Below, in pieces: positions 29,332-39,255 of a DNA stretch of 64,000 bases. The translations under genes and the position numbers were made by a program. Positions within the stretch are counted from its first letter, which is position 1, and each line of letters opens with the position of its first letter. The notes beneath the pieces are model-generated. The model had not been told where the DNA came from. It saw only the letters and a program-made list of their open reading frames with translations, and made no database searches. Origin of the DNA: Bacteroidota bacterium (GTDB taxonomy: Bacteria; Bacteroidota; Ignavibacteria; Kapaibacteriales; UBA961). The stretch lies in contig JAFDZU010000036.1 in NCBI GenBank assembly GCA_018266765.1, forward strand, positions 22,240 through 86,239, given 5' to 3'.

Positions 29332-30810
29332 ATGAAATATATTCTAATTCTATTCTCAATATCATTGTTCTTTGGAATATTTCGATTGTTTTCAATTGAT
29401 ACATATTCTGTAACATTGTTTGATATTGGAGTAATTCTTTTTTATGCTTTAGCAGCTAAAAGAATATTTTGGGATGGTGAAGTATTAGTCTTTCCTCGAA
29501 GTATTGGATTCTATGGTGTTTGTGGGATGATAATAGCAGTAGTTCTTTCAGGAATTATGCCAATTTTAGAAGGGAATGATGTTAAACAGTTTCAATTTTT
29601 AAAAACAGGAATTCATTTTCTCTACTTAGTTTTTATATCAATTCTATGTGCAGGTTTAAATATAAAAGTTGAAGATTGGAAAAAAACAATACAAGTCACA
29701 ATGATTTGTGCAGTTTTTATTCACATTTTTGGTATTTACCAATTAGTTGCAAGAGGTTTAGATTTACCACTTGCCTGGCTTAATATTTCAGATATAACTC
29801 TTTCATCATCAACCAGAGGTATCACCTCAGCAGATTTACCTACTGATGCTGACGGAATTACACGACAATTAAGTATTAATTATGGAAACTTCTTCCGTGC
29901 TACCTCAATATTTAGCGAACCGTCAGCTTATGCAGGCTTTTGTAATTTAATATTAATATGTTTATTAGTTCCGATTTTAAGAAATGAAAAACCATTTATT
30001 CCAAATAAGAAGTTTAATGTTTTATTAACTATTCTGACTGTAATTTCTTTATTTCTGACATTTTCTTTAACAGGATTAGTCTTATTTTTTGGTATAATTG
30101 GATTTGCGTTCTTGACTGACAGATCTAAAAATATTATTAAAATTTTAAAAATTATTTCATATGTAATAGTACTTTTGTTTATTACGGATTTAATAGTAGA
30201 AGCTACAACCCAAATAAGTGTTGGTGCACTTTTTACCCAAAGAGTAGGTGGAATAATAAGTTCTTACACCGGTGGACATATAGAAACTACTGGAGGAGAA
30301 TCTTTTTTTTCTCGTGTAAGTACTATTGATAATGCACTTGACATTTGGTTTGCTTATCCTATATTCGGAATTGGAGTTGGATGTTATTATACATTTCTCA
30401 GACTACCGGAATTTGGTTTTTCAGATTCTGGAGTCTTTTCAGCTTTGGCAGAAACAGGTATAATAGGTTTTTTATCATTTGCCGGTATTTTTTATGGACT
30501 TTTCTTTGAATGTAGAAGATTTCTATTTACATCCTATTATAAACAATTAAAAAGAGATTCTAAATTGATGTGTTTGTTTACTCTTTATAATTTACTACTA
30601 TTATCCATTTCTTCAATAACGGCAAATACTTTTCTAAGTTCCTATTTTTGGTTGCAAATTGGACTTATTTTAACAATAATTTCAGTAGCATACAAGGAAA
30701 ATTCTTTACCGATGGTTCGAGTAAAGTTAGTAAAATTTCCACTCAAAGTTTCACTTACTAATAGAATCTATTATATAAAAGGCATTTATCAGCAAACACC
30801 TTCTAAATAA
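29332..30810 (+). CDS. O-antigen ligase/polymerase-like polytopic membrane protein
   Basis: 492 aa with at least 10 TM segments and a large loop in the Wzy_C position. Neighbours are LPS genes. Confidence 0.6.
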   Translation: MKYILILFSISLFFGIFRLFSIDTYSVTLFDIGVILFYALAAKRIFWDGEVLVFPRSIGFYGVCGMIIAVVLSGIMPILEGNDVKQFQFLKTGIHFLYLVFISILCAGLNIKVEDWKKTIQVTMICAVFIHIFGIYQLVARGLDLPLAWLNISDITLSSSTRGITSADLPTDADGITRQLSINYGNFFRATSIFSEPSAYAGFCNLILICLLVPILRNEKPFIPNKKFNVLLTILTVISLFLTFSLTGLVLFFGIIGFAFLTDRSKNIIKILKIISYVIVLLFITDLIVEATTQISVGALFTQRVGGIISSYTGGHIETTGGESFFSRVSTIDNALDIWFAYPIFGIGVGCYYTFLRLPEFGFSDSGVFSALAETGIIGFLSFAGIFYGLFFECRRFLFTSYYKQLKRDSKLMCLFTLYNLLLLSISSITANTFLSSYFWLQIGLILTIISVAYKENSLPMVRVKLVKFPLKVSLTNRIYYIKGIYQQTPSK

Positions 30811-30847
30811 TGTACTAAATATTGTAATATTAATTTCTTAGAAAAGT

Positions 30848-31735
30848 ATGGCACTAATAATTGACGGAAAAATTATAGCTGAACAAATCAGATTTGAAAT
30901 TAAAAATAAAACAGAAAAACTACTAGCTGAACGAGGAATAAAACCCGGACTTGCAGTTTTGTTAATAGGTGAAAATCCAGCATCTCAAGTTTATGTACGG
31001 GCAAAAGAAAAGGCATGTGTTGAAGCAGGTTTCTATTCTTTGGTAATTCGAATGCCTGAAGCTGTTTCTGAAAATGAAGTCCTGTCATTAATAAAATCAT
31101 GGAATACTGACAATAATATTCATGGAATATTAGTTCAACTTCCATTGCCCAAACATATAGATGAAATGAAAGCGTTACTTTCTATTTCTCCTCAAAAAGA
31201 TGTTGATGGATTTCATCCTGAAAATATAGGTCGTTTGGTTGTTGGATTACCAGGATTTGTGCCATGTACTCCTGCTGGTATTATGGAACTTTTTAAACGT
31301 ACAAACATTTTGCTTTCGGGAAAGCATGTCGTTGTAGTAGGTCGAAGTAATATAGTAGGAAAACCAATGCTGAATCTTTTATACCAAAAAAGTAAACATG
31401 CAAATGCAATTGTAACTATCTGTCATACCGGAACAAAAAATATACGGATGTTTACTAAAGAGGCAGATGTTCTGATAGCCGCTATTGGAGTAGCTCATCG
31501 GATCGGTGCTGATGATGTCAAAGAAGGAGTTGTTGTTATAGATGTAGGAATGAATAAAATTGTTGATTCATCAACAAAATCGGGAACTCGATTAGTGGGT
31601 GACGTAGATTTTAATGAAGTATTCCCAAAAGCTTCAGCGATAACTCCTGTTCCTAAAGGCGTTGGGCCAATGACAATAGCAATGCTTCTCGAAAACACCT
31701 ATCGTTCAGCAACAGGAGAAATATTTGTTAAATAA
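30848..31735 (+). CDS. folD: bifunctional methylenetetrahydrofolate dehydrogenase/methenyl-THF cyclohydrolase
   Basis: IIDGK.., PGLAVLLIGENPASQVYVRAKEKA, GILVQLPLP, VVVGRSNIVGKP and PVPKGVGPMTIAML. Confidence 0.92.
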   Translation: MALIIDGKIIAEQIRFEIKNKTEKLLAERGIKPGLAVLLIGENPASQVYVRAKEKACVEAGFYSLVIRMPEAVSENEVLSLIKSWNTDNNIHGILVQLPLPKHIDEMKALLSISPQKDVDGFHPENIGRLVVGLPGFVPCTPAGIMELFKRTNILLSGKHVVVVGRSNIVGKPMLNLLYQKSKHANAIVTICHTGTKNIRMFTKEADVLIAAIGVAHRIGADDVKEGVVVIDVGMNKIVDSSTKSGTRLVGDVDFNEVFPKASAITPVPKGVGPMTIAMLLENTYRSATGEIFVK

Positions 31736-31758
31736 CTCTTAACTCTATAAAATATATA

Positions 31759-32313
31759 ATGGATAAGAAACAATTTACAAATGAAGAAATGCAAGCAATT
31801 CTTCAAAGAGCAATTAATCGAAAATCACGATCAGGCGAAATATCTTATTCTGATTTATCTGAAACTGCGAAAGAATTAGGGATTGATGAACAGGAATTAG
31901 AACAAGCAATCAACGAACACTATGAGGGCGGAGGTATCGAATCAGCACGACTTGAGTGGATGCGTATTCGAAAAAAAAAGTTTTATGATCATGTTCTTGC
32001 TTACGTTATTATTAATTCGTTTTTAACAGCTTTAACTATAATGACTGGAGGAGGAAATTGGTTTGTTTATCCACTCTTGGGTTGGGGAATTGGGCTTGCT
32101 TTTGATGCCGCAAGCACATTTTGGCCTGATGAAAAGCAAGTAGAACGTGGTGCTGAACGAATTCTTCGCAAACGAAAGTCTTCAAGAAAAAGTAGTTTTA
32201 ATATAAGTAGTGGTGAAATAAAAGCAAAATCTGGCAAATATTCTATAGACATCAGTTCTGACAAAATAATAATATCCAACGGCGACAAACATTTTGAAAT
32301 TAATGGTAAATAA
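31759..32313 (+). CDS. 2TM domain-containing protein
   Basis: Central KKKFYDHVLAYVIINSFL...WFVYPLLGWGIGLAFDA matches the 2TM domain pattern. Confidence 0.6.
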   Translation: MDKKQFTNEEMQAILQRAINRKSRSGEISYSDLSETAKELGIDEQELEQAINEHYEGGGIESARLEWMRIRKKKFYDHVLAYVIINSFLTALTIMTGGGNWFVYPLLGWGIGLAFDAASTFWPDEKQVERGAERILRKRKSSRKSSFNISSGEIKAKSGKYSIDISSDKIIISNGDKHFEINGK

Positions 32314-33067
32314 CACAAAACATCTCGAAATACTTTATTCTGATGACTCAATTGTAGCAGTGAATAAACCGGCTGGACTATTAACCTTACCGGATAGATT
32401 CAAATCTGAACTACCAAATGTAAGAGGTTTGTTAATTGAAAAATTCGGAGAAATATTTACAGTCCATCGGCTTGATAAAGCCACAACAGGAGTTATACTT
32501 TTTGCTCGTACTGCCGAGGCACATAAAAATCTTAATACTCAATTCCAACAACACTCTATATTAAAAGTATATCATGGAATTGTGAGTGGGGTTGTTGAAA
32601 ACGACGAAATGGATATAGACATTCCAATAGCTGAAGATACTACAAGAAAAGGGCTTATGCGACCAACTGCTCGAGGTAAAAATTCACTAACAAAGATAAA
32701 AGTAACAGAAAGATTCAAAATAGCAACATTGCTTGAATGCAAACCTATCACCGGAAGGCAACATCAAATTAGAGTTCACCTTGCGGCTATAGGACATCCA
32801 TTGCTTGTAGATGTAGATTACGGAACATTAACTGAATTTATGCTTTCAACAATCAAGCGAAGGTTTAAATTGGCTAAAGAAACAACCGAGCGACCTTTAC
32901 TTTCCAGAACTCCATTACATGCTTATTCGCTGACCTTCGTTCACCCTGACACAAATGAAATACAAACTATATCAGCAGAATATCCTAAAGATATTCGAGC
33001 AACATTACAAGCACTTAGGAAGTATTCTGTTTATGTTTCATATTCTTCTGATGAATATTTTTACTGA
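32294..33067 (+). CDS. RluA family pseudouridine synthase
   Basis: VAVNKPAGL, the catalytic-Asp motif HRLDKATTGVILFA, and GRQHQIRVHLA. The start could instead be 32303. Confidence 0.85.
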   Translation: MKLMVNNTKHLEILYSDDSIVAVNKPAGLLTLPDRFKSELPNVRGLLIEKFGEIFTVHRLDKATTGVILFARTAEAHKNLNTQFQQHSILKVYHGIVSGVVENDEMDIDIPIAEDTTRKGLMRPTARGKNSLTKIKVTERFKIATLLECKPITGRQHQIRVHLAAIGHPLLVDVDYGTLTEFMLSTIKRRFKLAKETTERPLLSRTPLHAYSLTFVHPDTNEIQTISAEYPKDIRATLQALRKYSVYVSYSSDEYFY

Positions 33068-33149
33068 TTATTTTTCACGTTAAAAAGTATATTCTCTTTA
33101 TTTATATTGCTCTAAACAATAACATTGTACACTTCTTGACTTTCATATT

Positions 33150-35225
33150 ATGAAAACTCTTTCAACTATATTAATAATGGTTAGCTCAATGACAATTTCT
33201 GCACAATACTTCAATCCACCACTTACAAAACAAATTCCGGTCACTGACACAATACATGGTACTTTATTGATTGATAAATACCGATGGTTAGAAGACAAAA
33301 CTAATCCTGAAGTTATTGATTGGACAAAGCAACAGCATGATTATACCGTTAACTTTATTAAAAAGTCTATGCCTGAAATTCTCGGATTAAAAGAAGAATT
33401 TTTGCAGTATCTTGATCGAGATTTGAAAGGAGCACCTTTTTTTCGAGGCCAACGTCAGTTTTTTCAAGCAAAGAAAAAAGGCGATTTACAATATAAACTC
33501 TATATAATTGAACATAATAATGAGCGACTTCTATTCGACCCAACAACAATTGATCCAAGCGGGAAAACTTCTATAAGTGGAATGGATTTTAACCGTGACG
33601 CTTCAAAACTTGCAATAGGAACTCAAACAAAGGGTGATGAAATAAATTTTTATCGCATACTTGATGTTGCAACTGGTAAGCAAGAAGGAGAAATACTAAA
33701 AAATATCAATAGTTTTAATTGGACTTTTGATGAAAAGCACGCTTATATCTCGATTCGTGATAAGGATATAATCAAAAACCAAGAACCGATAAAAACCTAT
33801 TTATGGGAAGTAGGTACAGACCAAAATTCTGCAAAATTTATTACTTCACCCATTGATGCAAAAGACGTAGCAAGTGTTTGGGATACAGACGAAGAATCAG
33901 AGCAAAATTATACATTTTTTTCTAAAGGTGATTTTTATTCAAATACACTGAAGGTCAGGAAAGTTGGTATAAACGAAGAACCTGTTATGATTTATTCAAG
34001 TAAAAAATATAGAGCTTATCCTCAGCTTAAAAACAGGAAACTTTATTTTTATACCAATGACCACGCTCCTAACTTTAAGCTAATGGTAGCGGATGCTTCG
34101 AAACCGGAATTTGAACACTGGAAGGAATTTATCCCGGAAAATGAGACAGTTCTTGAAAGTTATACTTTAACATCAGATTATGTATTAATTAAGGATAAAA
34201 AAGATGTATTAAGTAGAATTATGGCTTATGATTACCACGGAAAATTTATCAAACAAGTAGAATTACCTGAGCTTGCAAATGTAAGCAGTATGAGTTATCA
34301 TCGCGAATCGAACACTGTATTTGTCAGTTTGGCTACGTTCAATAACCCTACAAAACTTTATAAATTAGATGGAAAGACTTTGGAATGGACTTTTTACTAT
34401 CAAGATATAAGTGTATTCGATACTAAAGATATAGAATCAAAAATTGTATTTTATCCATCGAAAGACGGAACAAATATTCCAATGTTTATCAGTTATAAAA
34501 GAGGTTTAAAATTTGATGGAAAAAATCCGACCTTAATTTATGGATACGGTGGATTTAATAGTGGTATTTCTCCACGATATTTAGGAACCTTTATTCCGTT
34601 CATAACTCGCGGAGGTGTGTTTGCTGAAGTAGGAATTCGTGGTGGAGATGAATATGGTGAGATGTGGCATAACAACGGAATGCTTATAAAAAAGCAAAAT
34701 TCTTTTGATGATTTTATAGCAGGTGCTGAATATTTAATTAAGGAAAAATATACCAATTCACAAAAACTTGTCGCAGAAGGAAGAAGTAATGGTGGGCTTC
34801 TGATGGGTGCAGTTACTACACAACGACCCGATTTGTTTAAAGCAATAGTTTGCGGAGTGCCATTATTAGATATGATTAGATATCATAAATTTCTAATAGC
34901 TCGGTTTTGGATTCCTGAATATGGAGATCCTGATAAAAAGGAAGATTTTGATAACCTCATAAAATATTCGCCATATCAGAATATTAAACAACATGTAAAT
35001 TATCCAACTATGTTTATATTTGCAGGTGAAAACGATAGTCGTGTTGACCCTCTCCATGCAAAGAAATTTGTTGCTGAAATGCAAAATAGAACTGCACAGA
35101 AAAATCCGGTGATGCTATTTATGGAATTTGATAGTGGGCACGGAAGTGGAAAATCAGTAACTAAAGTTTCAGAAGATTTAGAAATCCAATGGAGATTTAT
35201 TATGAATGAATTAGGTATATATTAA
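33150..35225 (+). CDS. prolyl oligopeptidase (S9A family)
   Basis: 691 aa. Signal peptide, N-terminal DKYRWLED motif, Ser nucleophile GRSNGGLLMG, and C-terminal D..H region (ENDSRVDP, SGHG). Confidence 0.85.
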   Translation: MKTLSTILIMVSSMTISAQYFNPPLTKQIPVTDTIHGTLLIDKYRWLEDKTNPEVIDWTKQQHDYTVNFIKKSMPEILGLKEEFLQYLDRDLKGAPFFRGQRQFFQAKKKGDLQYKLYIIEHNNERLLFDPTTIDPSGKTSISGMDFNRDASKLAIGTQTKGDEINFYRILDVATGKQEGEILKNINSFNWTFDEKHAYISIRDKDIIKNQEPIKTYLWEVGTDQNSAKFITSPIDAKDVASVWDTDEESEQNYTFFSKGDFYSNTLKVRKVGINEEPVMIYSSKKYRAYPQLKNRKLYFYTNDHAPNFKLMVADASKPEFEHWKEFIPENETVLESYTLTSDYVLIKDKKDVLSRIMAYDYHGKFIKQVELPELANVSSMSYHRESNTVFVSLATFNNPTKLYKLDGKTLEWTFYYQDISVFDTKDIESKIVFYPSKDGTNIPMFISYKRGLKFDGKNPTLIYGYGGFNSGISPRYLGTFIPFITRGGVFAEVGIRGGDEYGEMWHNNGMLIKKQNSFDDFIAGAEYLIKEKYTNSQKLVAEGRSNGGLLMGAVTTQRPDLFKAIVCGVPLLDMIRYHKFLIARFWIPEYGDPDKKEDFDNLIKYSPYQNIKQHVNYPTMFIFAGENDSRVDPLHAKKFVAEMQNRTAQKNPVMLFMEFDSGHGSGKSVTKVSEDLEIQWRFIMNELGIY

Positions 35226-35235
35226 TGTAAATATT

Positions 35236-35721
35236 ATGTTGTTTATTTCTGTATATTTTAGAAAAAGTAAGTATAAAAACTACTTGATAATAATGTTAGT
35301 AGCTATATTATTGTCTTCTTGTTCTACAATGTTTACAATGAATTCAATTATGCAACTTAATAAATCTACTACTTCAAAAGATGTACAAAAAATGATTGAT
35401 GTAGATGTAAAAGAGCAGTTTAGTGTAACATATTTGAACAACGATTACCATGTTAAAATATATCCTGTTAAAATTGGAGTAAGTACAACAACAAGCCAAG
35501 TTAATAATTGGGATGGCGGAGTATATTCTACAACGAGAACAAGTACTCAAACTGTTCAAAGTAAAAATCAGCTTTCTTCTGATTATTTTTTTCTTTTTGA
35601 TAGGAATGATACAGTTGTATTTTGGGGTTTTTTACAAGAATTCAGTAAAAATGAAGATTCATTTATAGCAGGAATAGCACCATTAATACAGACAAAATAC
35701 TTTGCTTTAAAAAATAAATAA
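35236..35721 (+). CDS. hypothetical lipoprotein (paralog pair, member 1)
   Basis: Lipobox LLSSC. C-terminal motif SDYFFLFDRNDTVVFWGFLQEF is shared with the next gene. Confidence 0.5.
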   Translation: MLFISVYFRKSKYKNYLIIMLVAILLSSCSTMFTMNSIMQLNKSTTSKDVQKMIDVDVKEQFSVTYLNNDYHVKIYPVKIGVSTTTSQVNNWDGGVYSTTRTSTQTVQSKNQLSSDYFFLFDRNDTVVFWGFLQEFSKNEDSFIAGIAPLIQTKYFALKNK

Positions 35722-35743
35722 ACAATTTGTAGTTGAGTATATT

Positions 35744-36112
35744 ATGAATAAAATAATAGTTAAGTGTATATTAATATTTGCTGTTATTACATCGTGCTTG
35801 ATGTCGTGTTCGCAGTTTACACCTGAAGTATTAGATAAGTATCAAAAAGGAATGGCAGTTTCTCAAACTATAGATATTTCACCTGTTTCACCTAAAACTG
35901 AATTTAATATTACCATACCTTCCGATCCTGCTAAGTTTATTATACATGTTTATGTTCTTTCGTTAGGCGATTATAAATCTGATTATTTTTTAGCATTTCG
36001 TAATGACAAATTAGTTTATTGGGGGTATCCTCATGAATTTGCGCGATCATCTGACCCTTATTTAAACGAAATTGGTAAAATAGCTGTGGAAGAATATTTA
36101 AAAATTAAATAA
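35744..36112 (+). CDS. hypothetical lipoprotein (paralog pair, member 2)
   Basis: Lipobox LMSC. C-terminal motif SDYFLAFRNDKLVYWGYPHEF is shared with the previous gene. Confidence 0.5.
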   Translation: MNKIIVKCILIFAVITSCLMSCSQFTPEVLDKYQKGMAVSQTIDISPVSPKTEFNITIPSDPAKFIIHVYVLSLGDYKSDYFLAFRNDKLVYWGYPHEFARSSDPYLNEIGKIAVEEYLKIK

Positions 36113-36116
36113 CTTA

Positions 36117-37256
36117 ATGAAAACCATCAGAGTTCTTGTGGCAGACGAATCAGTATTTGTACGTCAACAAATAACGAAGATGTTATCAGGTCGGGCAGAT
36201 ATTACCATAATTGGTGGTGCCAGTAATGGTGGGGAAGCGGTTGTAAAGGTTTTAGATTTGCTCCCAAATGTTGTGGTGATGGGATGTAAGATGCCTTTAA
36301 TGAATGGTTTTGAAGCAATGAAGAAAATAATTGAACTCACGGGAATTCCCGTGATAATGTTAATTATTAACAGTAAAAAACCTGAAAACGACATCGAAGA
36401 AGCACGTTCAAACGGAGCATCTGATTGGGTAGTACTTAAATCTGCATTCATATCAAATGTGTTATTAACAATTAAAGTTGAGTTAATTGATAAAATTCTA
36501 AAAGTTTCAGAACATAATACATCTAAGATTATAAAACCAACTATTCATGAAATATCAAACCCCAAAGTAGCAGATTCAACGAACAACTTACCACCCGAAA
36601 ATGATGAATATATTAAATCTATTATTAATAAAGATTTGATAAAACAAAGAGTTCCCAAGATTGTTGAAATAGTTGTAATAGGGGTTTCAACCGGTGGTCC
36701 AATGGCACTTCATCAACTTGTTCCAAAACTTCCGGCTAATTTTCCTGTTCCAATAGTAATAGTCCAGCACATGCCTGCACATTTTACAGCTACTCTTGCT
36801 ATTAGATTGAATGAAATGTCCGATATACAAGTAACAGAAGCTGTTAATGGTATGAATCTTTCTGCAGGAAGCGTTTATCTTGCAAAGGGCGGAAAACAAA
36901 TTCAAGTTACTAAGGATCGAAAGATTCGACTTTCAGATGATGATTTTAATGTCATATACAAACCTTCAATTGATGTCTTAGTAAATTCGATTATAGATGT
37001 TTATGGTGGTAATGTTGTTGGAGTGATGATGACAGGATTAGGAAATGATGGTGTATTAGCTCTCAAGCGACTCCATCGAAAGGGTGGGTATATTATAGCA
37101 CAAGATGAACAATCGAGTATCGTTTTTGGAATGCCAAAAGCAGTTATAGATGCTCAAATAGTGAATGAGATTTCATCATTAAAAGATTTAGCCGAAACAA
37201 TCTGTTTGTGTGTTGGAATCCACGCTTTTAATCCTGAAAACGAGAATAATTTTTGA
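36117..37256 (+). CDS. cheB: CheB-like protein-glutamate methylesterase with degenerate receiver domain
   Basis: Catalytic domain intact: GVSTGGP (Ser), VQHMPAHFT (His), MTGLGNDG (Asp). The N-terminal REC-like domain has VVVMGCKMP, so Gly56 (codon GGA at 36282-36284) replaces the phospho-acceptor Asp. Confidence 0.8.
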   Translation: MKTIRVLVADESVFVRQQITKMLSGRADITIIGGASNGGEAVVKVLDLLPNVVVMGCKMPLMNGFEAMKKIIELTGIPVIMLIINSKKPENDIEEARSNGASDWVVLKSAFISNVLLTIKVELIDKILKVSEHNTSKIIKPTIHEISNPKVADSTNNLPPENDEYIKSIINKDLIKQRVPKIVEIVVIGVSTGGPMALHQLVPKLPANFPVPIVIVQHMPAHFTATLAIRLNEMSDIQVTEAVNGMNLSAGSVYLAKGGKQIQVTKDRKIRLSDDDFNVIYKPSIDVLVNSIIDVYGGNVVGVMMTGLGNDGVLALKRLHRKGGYIIAQDEQSSIVFGMPKAVIDAQIVNEISSLKDLAETICLCVGIHAFNPENENNF

Positions 37257-37294
37257 AAAATTTTCTGATTTTTTAGATAAAAAAGGAATATGCT

Positions 37295-37612
37295 ATGATA
37301 ACTGAAGAATTTGAACCGGAGGATTTTAGTCGCGAAAATATGGAAGATCGTCGTCGTAAAGAATTTAAAGATTTTCTGATAGTAAGAGAAATTGCAGGAA
37401 CTCTCAAAGGAATCCCACATAGTAGTCGTATTCCTAAAGAAATGCTCGTAGATACAGGAGGAAAAGTAGAAATATCCCAATCACTATCAGATGAAATAAA
37501 TGAGCATAATCCAACTATATTAATTCATCGTTCGGATGATAACGAGATTGAAAGCGTAGAAGTGATCTGTACTTGCGGAAAAAAAATATTTGTAAAGTTT
37601 GAATACACATAA
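37295..37612 (+). CDS. hypothetical small acidic protein
   Basis: 105 aa, 38 nt after cheB on the same strand. No recognisable motif except a C-terminal CTCG. Confidence 0.4.
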   Translation: MITEEFEPEDFSRENMEDRRRKEFKDFLIVREIAGTLKGIPHSSRIPKEMLVDTGGKVEISQSLSDEINEHNPTILIHRSDDNEIESVEVICTCGKKIFVKFEYT

Positions 37613-37634
37613 GGGAAGATATTTAAAATACTTT

Positions 37635-38042
37635 TTATTCTAATATTCTATATCTGTTTTTTTGCTCAGGAATCATACATGAGTTAGTCGTACCAAACCA
37701 TTTATATCGATTATTAGCGATGAGTTTGTAGAAATAATCAAATACTACCGGTGGAATAATATTGGAAATATTACCGAGAAATTTCCAATAACTTCCCATA
37801 TTAATTAGAATGAGAATTATTGCCTTCGAGTAATAATAAATCTGGTTGTTATGGAAAACAACTATTGAATCCGGAATGTTTTGTTGAGGATGAATACCTA
37901 TATTTTGTTGGTAAGTTCTTCCTCCATACGGTGCAAAAAACAATGTATGTTGTTTTTCGTGTCGAAGTATAAATTGAACACTACCATTACAGAGTAAGCA
38001 GTGCGAATCAAAAAAAACAATTGGTGATTTAATCGAATCCAT
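37635..38042 (-). CDS. thiol-disulfide oxidoreductase DCC family protein (DUF393)
   Basis: N-terminal FFDSHCLLCNGSVQFILRHE matches the DCC (D-x-x-C-x-x-C) signature. Confidence 0.75.
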   Translation of the reverse strand: MDSIKSPIVFFDSHCLLCNGSVQFILRHEKQHTLFFAPYGGRTYQQNIGIHPQQNIPDSIVVFHNNQIYYYSKAIILILINMGSYWKFLGNISNIIPPVVFDYFYKLIANNRYKWFGTTNSCMIPEQKNRYRILE

Positions 38043-38046
38043 TATT

Positions 38047-39255
38047 TTAAAATGGATTGGGATTGTTTAGCCAATTGATTGCAACTGATGCTAGAAGGGC
38101 AGTTCCATAAGCAAAAGCATCCTCATCGGGTGTAAACTTATCGTTGTGTAATCCCGGCATACTATCAATATCAAGAGGTCGAACACCCATCACCCAAAAG
38201 CAAGCGGGTATCTGTTGAGCATAAAATGCAAAGTCTTCTCCCCACATCTTAGGTTCAAAATCAGTTACTTTTTTCGTCCCAAACAGAGATTCTGCTGTTT
38301 TTCGTGCAAATTCTACAGCTTTGTTGTTGTTTACAAGTGGGGGATAGCCGATTAATGGCTTGAACTCGCAAGTTGCTCCATGTAATTCAGCTACTAGCAA
38401 ACTTCTTCGTTCAATTTCTGAAAGTGCCAGATGTCGCCATTCATCATCAAAAGAGCGTAATGTTCCCATAATTTCAACGGAATCAGGAACAATGTTTGTT
38501 ACATTTCCAGCATGAATTGATGTGATTGCAAGAACACCAGGTGAAAGTGGATTACGCATTTTTGTAATAATTGACTGAAGATGTGAAATAAGTTCAGCTG
38601 CAACCAGAATAGGATCAGTGCCTTGATGTGGCTGTGCTGCATGACAACTTTTGCCTTTTATTGTCCAATAAAGCTCATCAGCTGAAGCCATCATACTTCC
38701 ACTTACAAACGAACATTCTCCAATAGGATTTCCGGGGTACACATGCTGCCCAAAAATTACTTCCGGTGTTGGGTTAGCAAGAACCCCTTCTTTTATAAGT
38801 ATATTCGCTCCGCCGGGTGCTTTTTCTTCGCCGGGTTGGAAAATAAGCTTTATTACTCCACCTAATTCATTTTCTTGACGCTTAAGAAGTTTTGCTGCAC
38901 CGAGTAGCATTGCTGTATGAGCATCATGCCCGCAAGCGTGCATTACACCATCAAATTTAGAAGAGAATTCAAGACCTGTTTCTTCATGAATCGGAAGTGC
39001 ATCAATATCAGCTCTTAAAGCCACACACCTCAATCCTGTACCAATATGTGCAATTACTCCGGTTGAAGCCATTACAGTAAAAGGAATGCCCATTGCTGAA
39101 AGTTTGCCTTGAATATACTGTGAAGTATTATATTCAACAAATGAAAGTTCTGGGTTTTGGTGCAGATAACGGCGATTACTAATTATTTCATCAGAAATAT
39201 CAAGAGCGTCTTTGAGATAATTATTTATCGAGTTTTTAGAATTTACTATTACCAT
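38047..39255 (-). CDS. M20D family amidohydrolase (N-acyl-L-amino acid amidohydrolase-like)
   Basis: LHQNPELSFVE, ALRADIDALP, HACGHDAH and FQPGEE metal-ligand motifs. Confidence 0.85.
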   Translation of the reverse strand: MVIVNSKNSINNYLKDALDISDEIISNRRYLHQNPELSFVEYNTSQYIQGKLSAMGIPFTVMASTGVIAHIGTGLRCVALRADIDALPIHEETGLEFSSKFDGVMHACGHDAHTAMLLGAAKLLKRQENELGGVIKLIFQPGEEKAPGGANILIKEGVLANPTPEVIFGQHVYPGNPIGECSFVSGSMMASADELYWTIKGKSCHAAQPHQGTDPILVAAELISHLQSIITKMRNPLSPGVLAITSIHAGNVTNIVPDSVEIMGTLRSFDDEWRHLALSEIERRSLLVAELHGATCEFKPLIGYPPLVNNNKAVEFARKTAESLFGTKKVTDFEPKMWGEDFAFYAQQIPACFWVMGVRPLDIDSMPGLHNDKFTPDEDAFAYGTALLASVAINWLNNPNPF

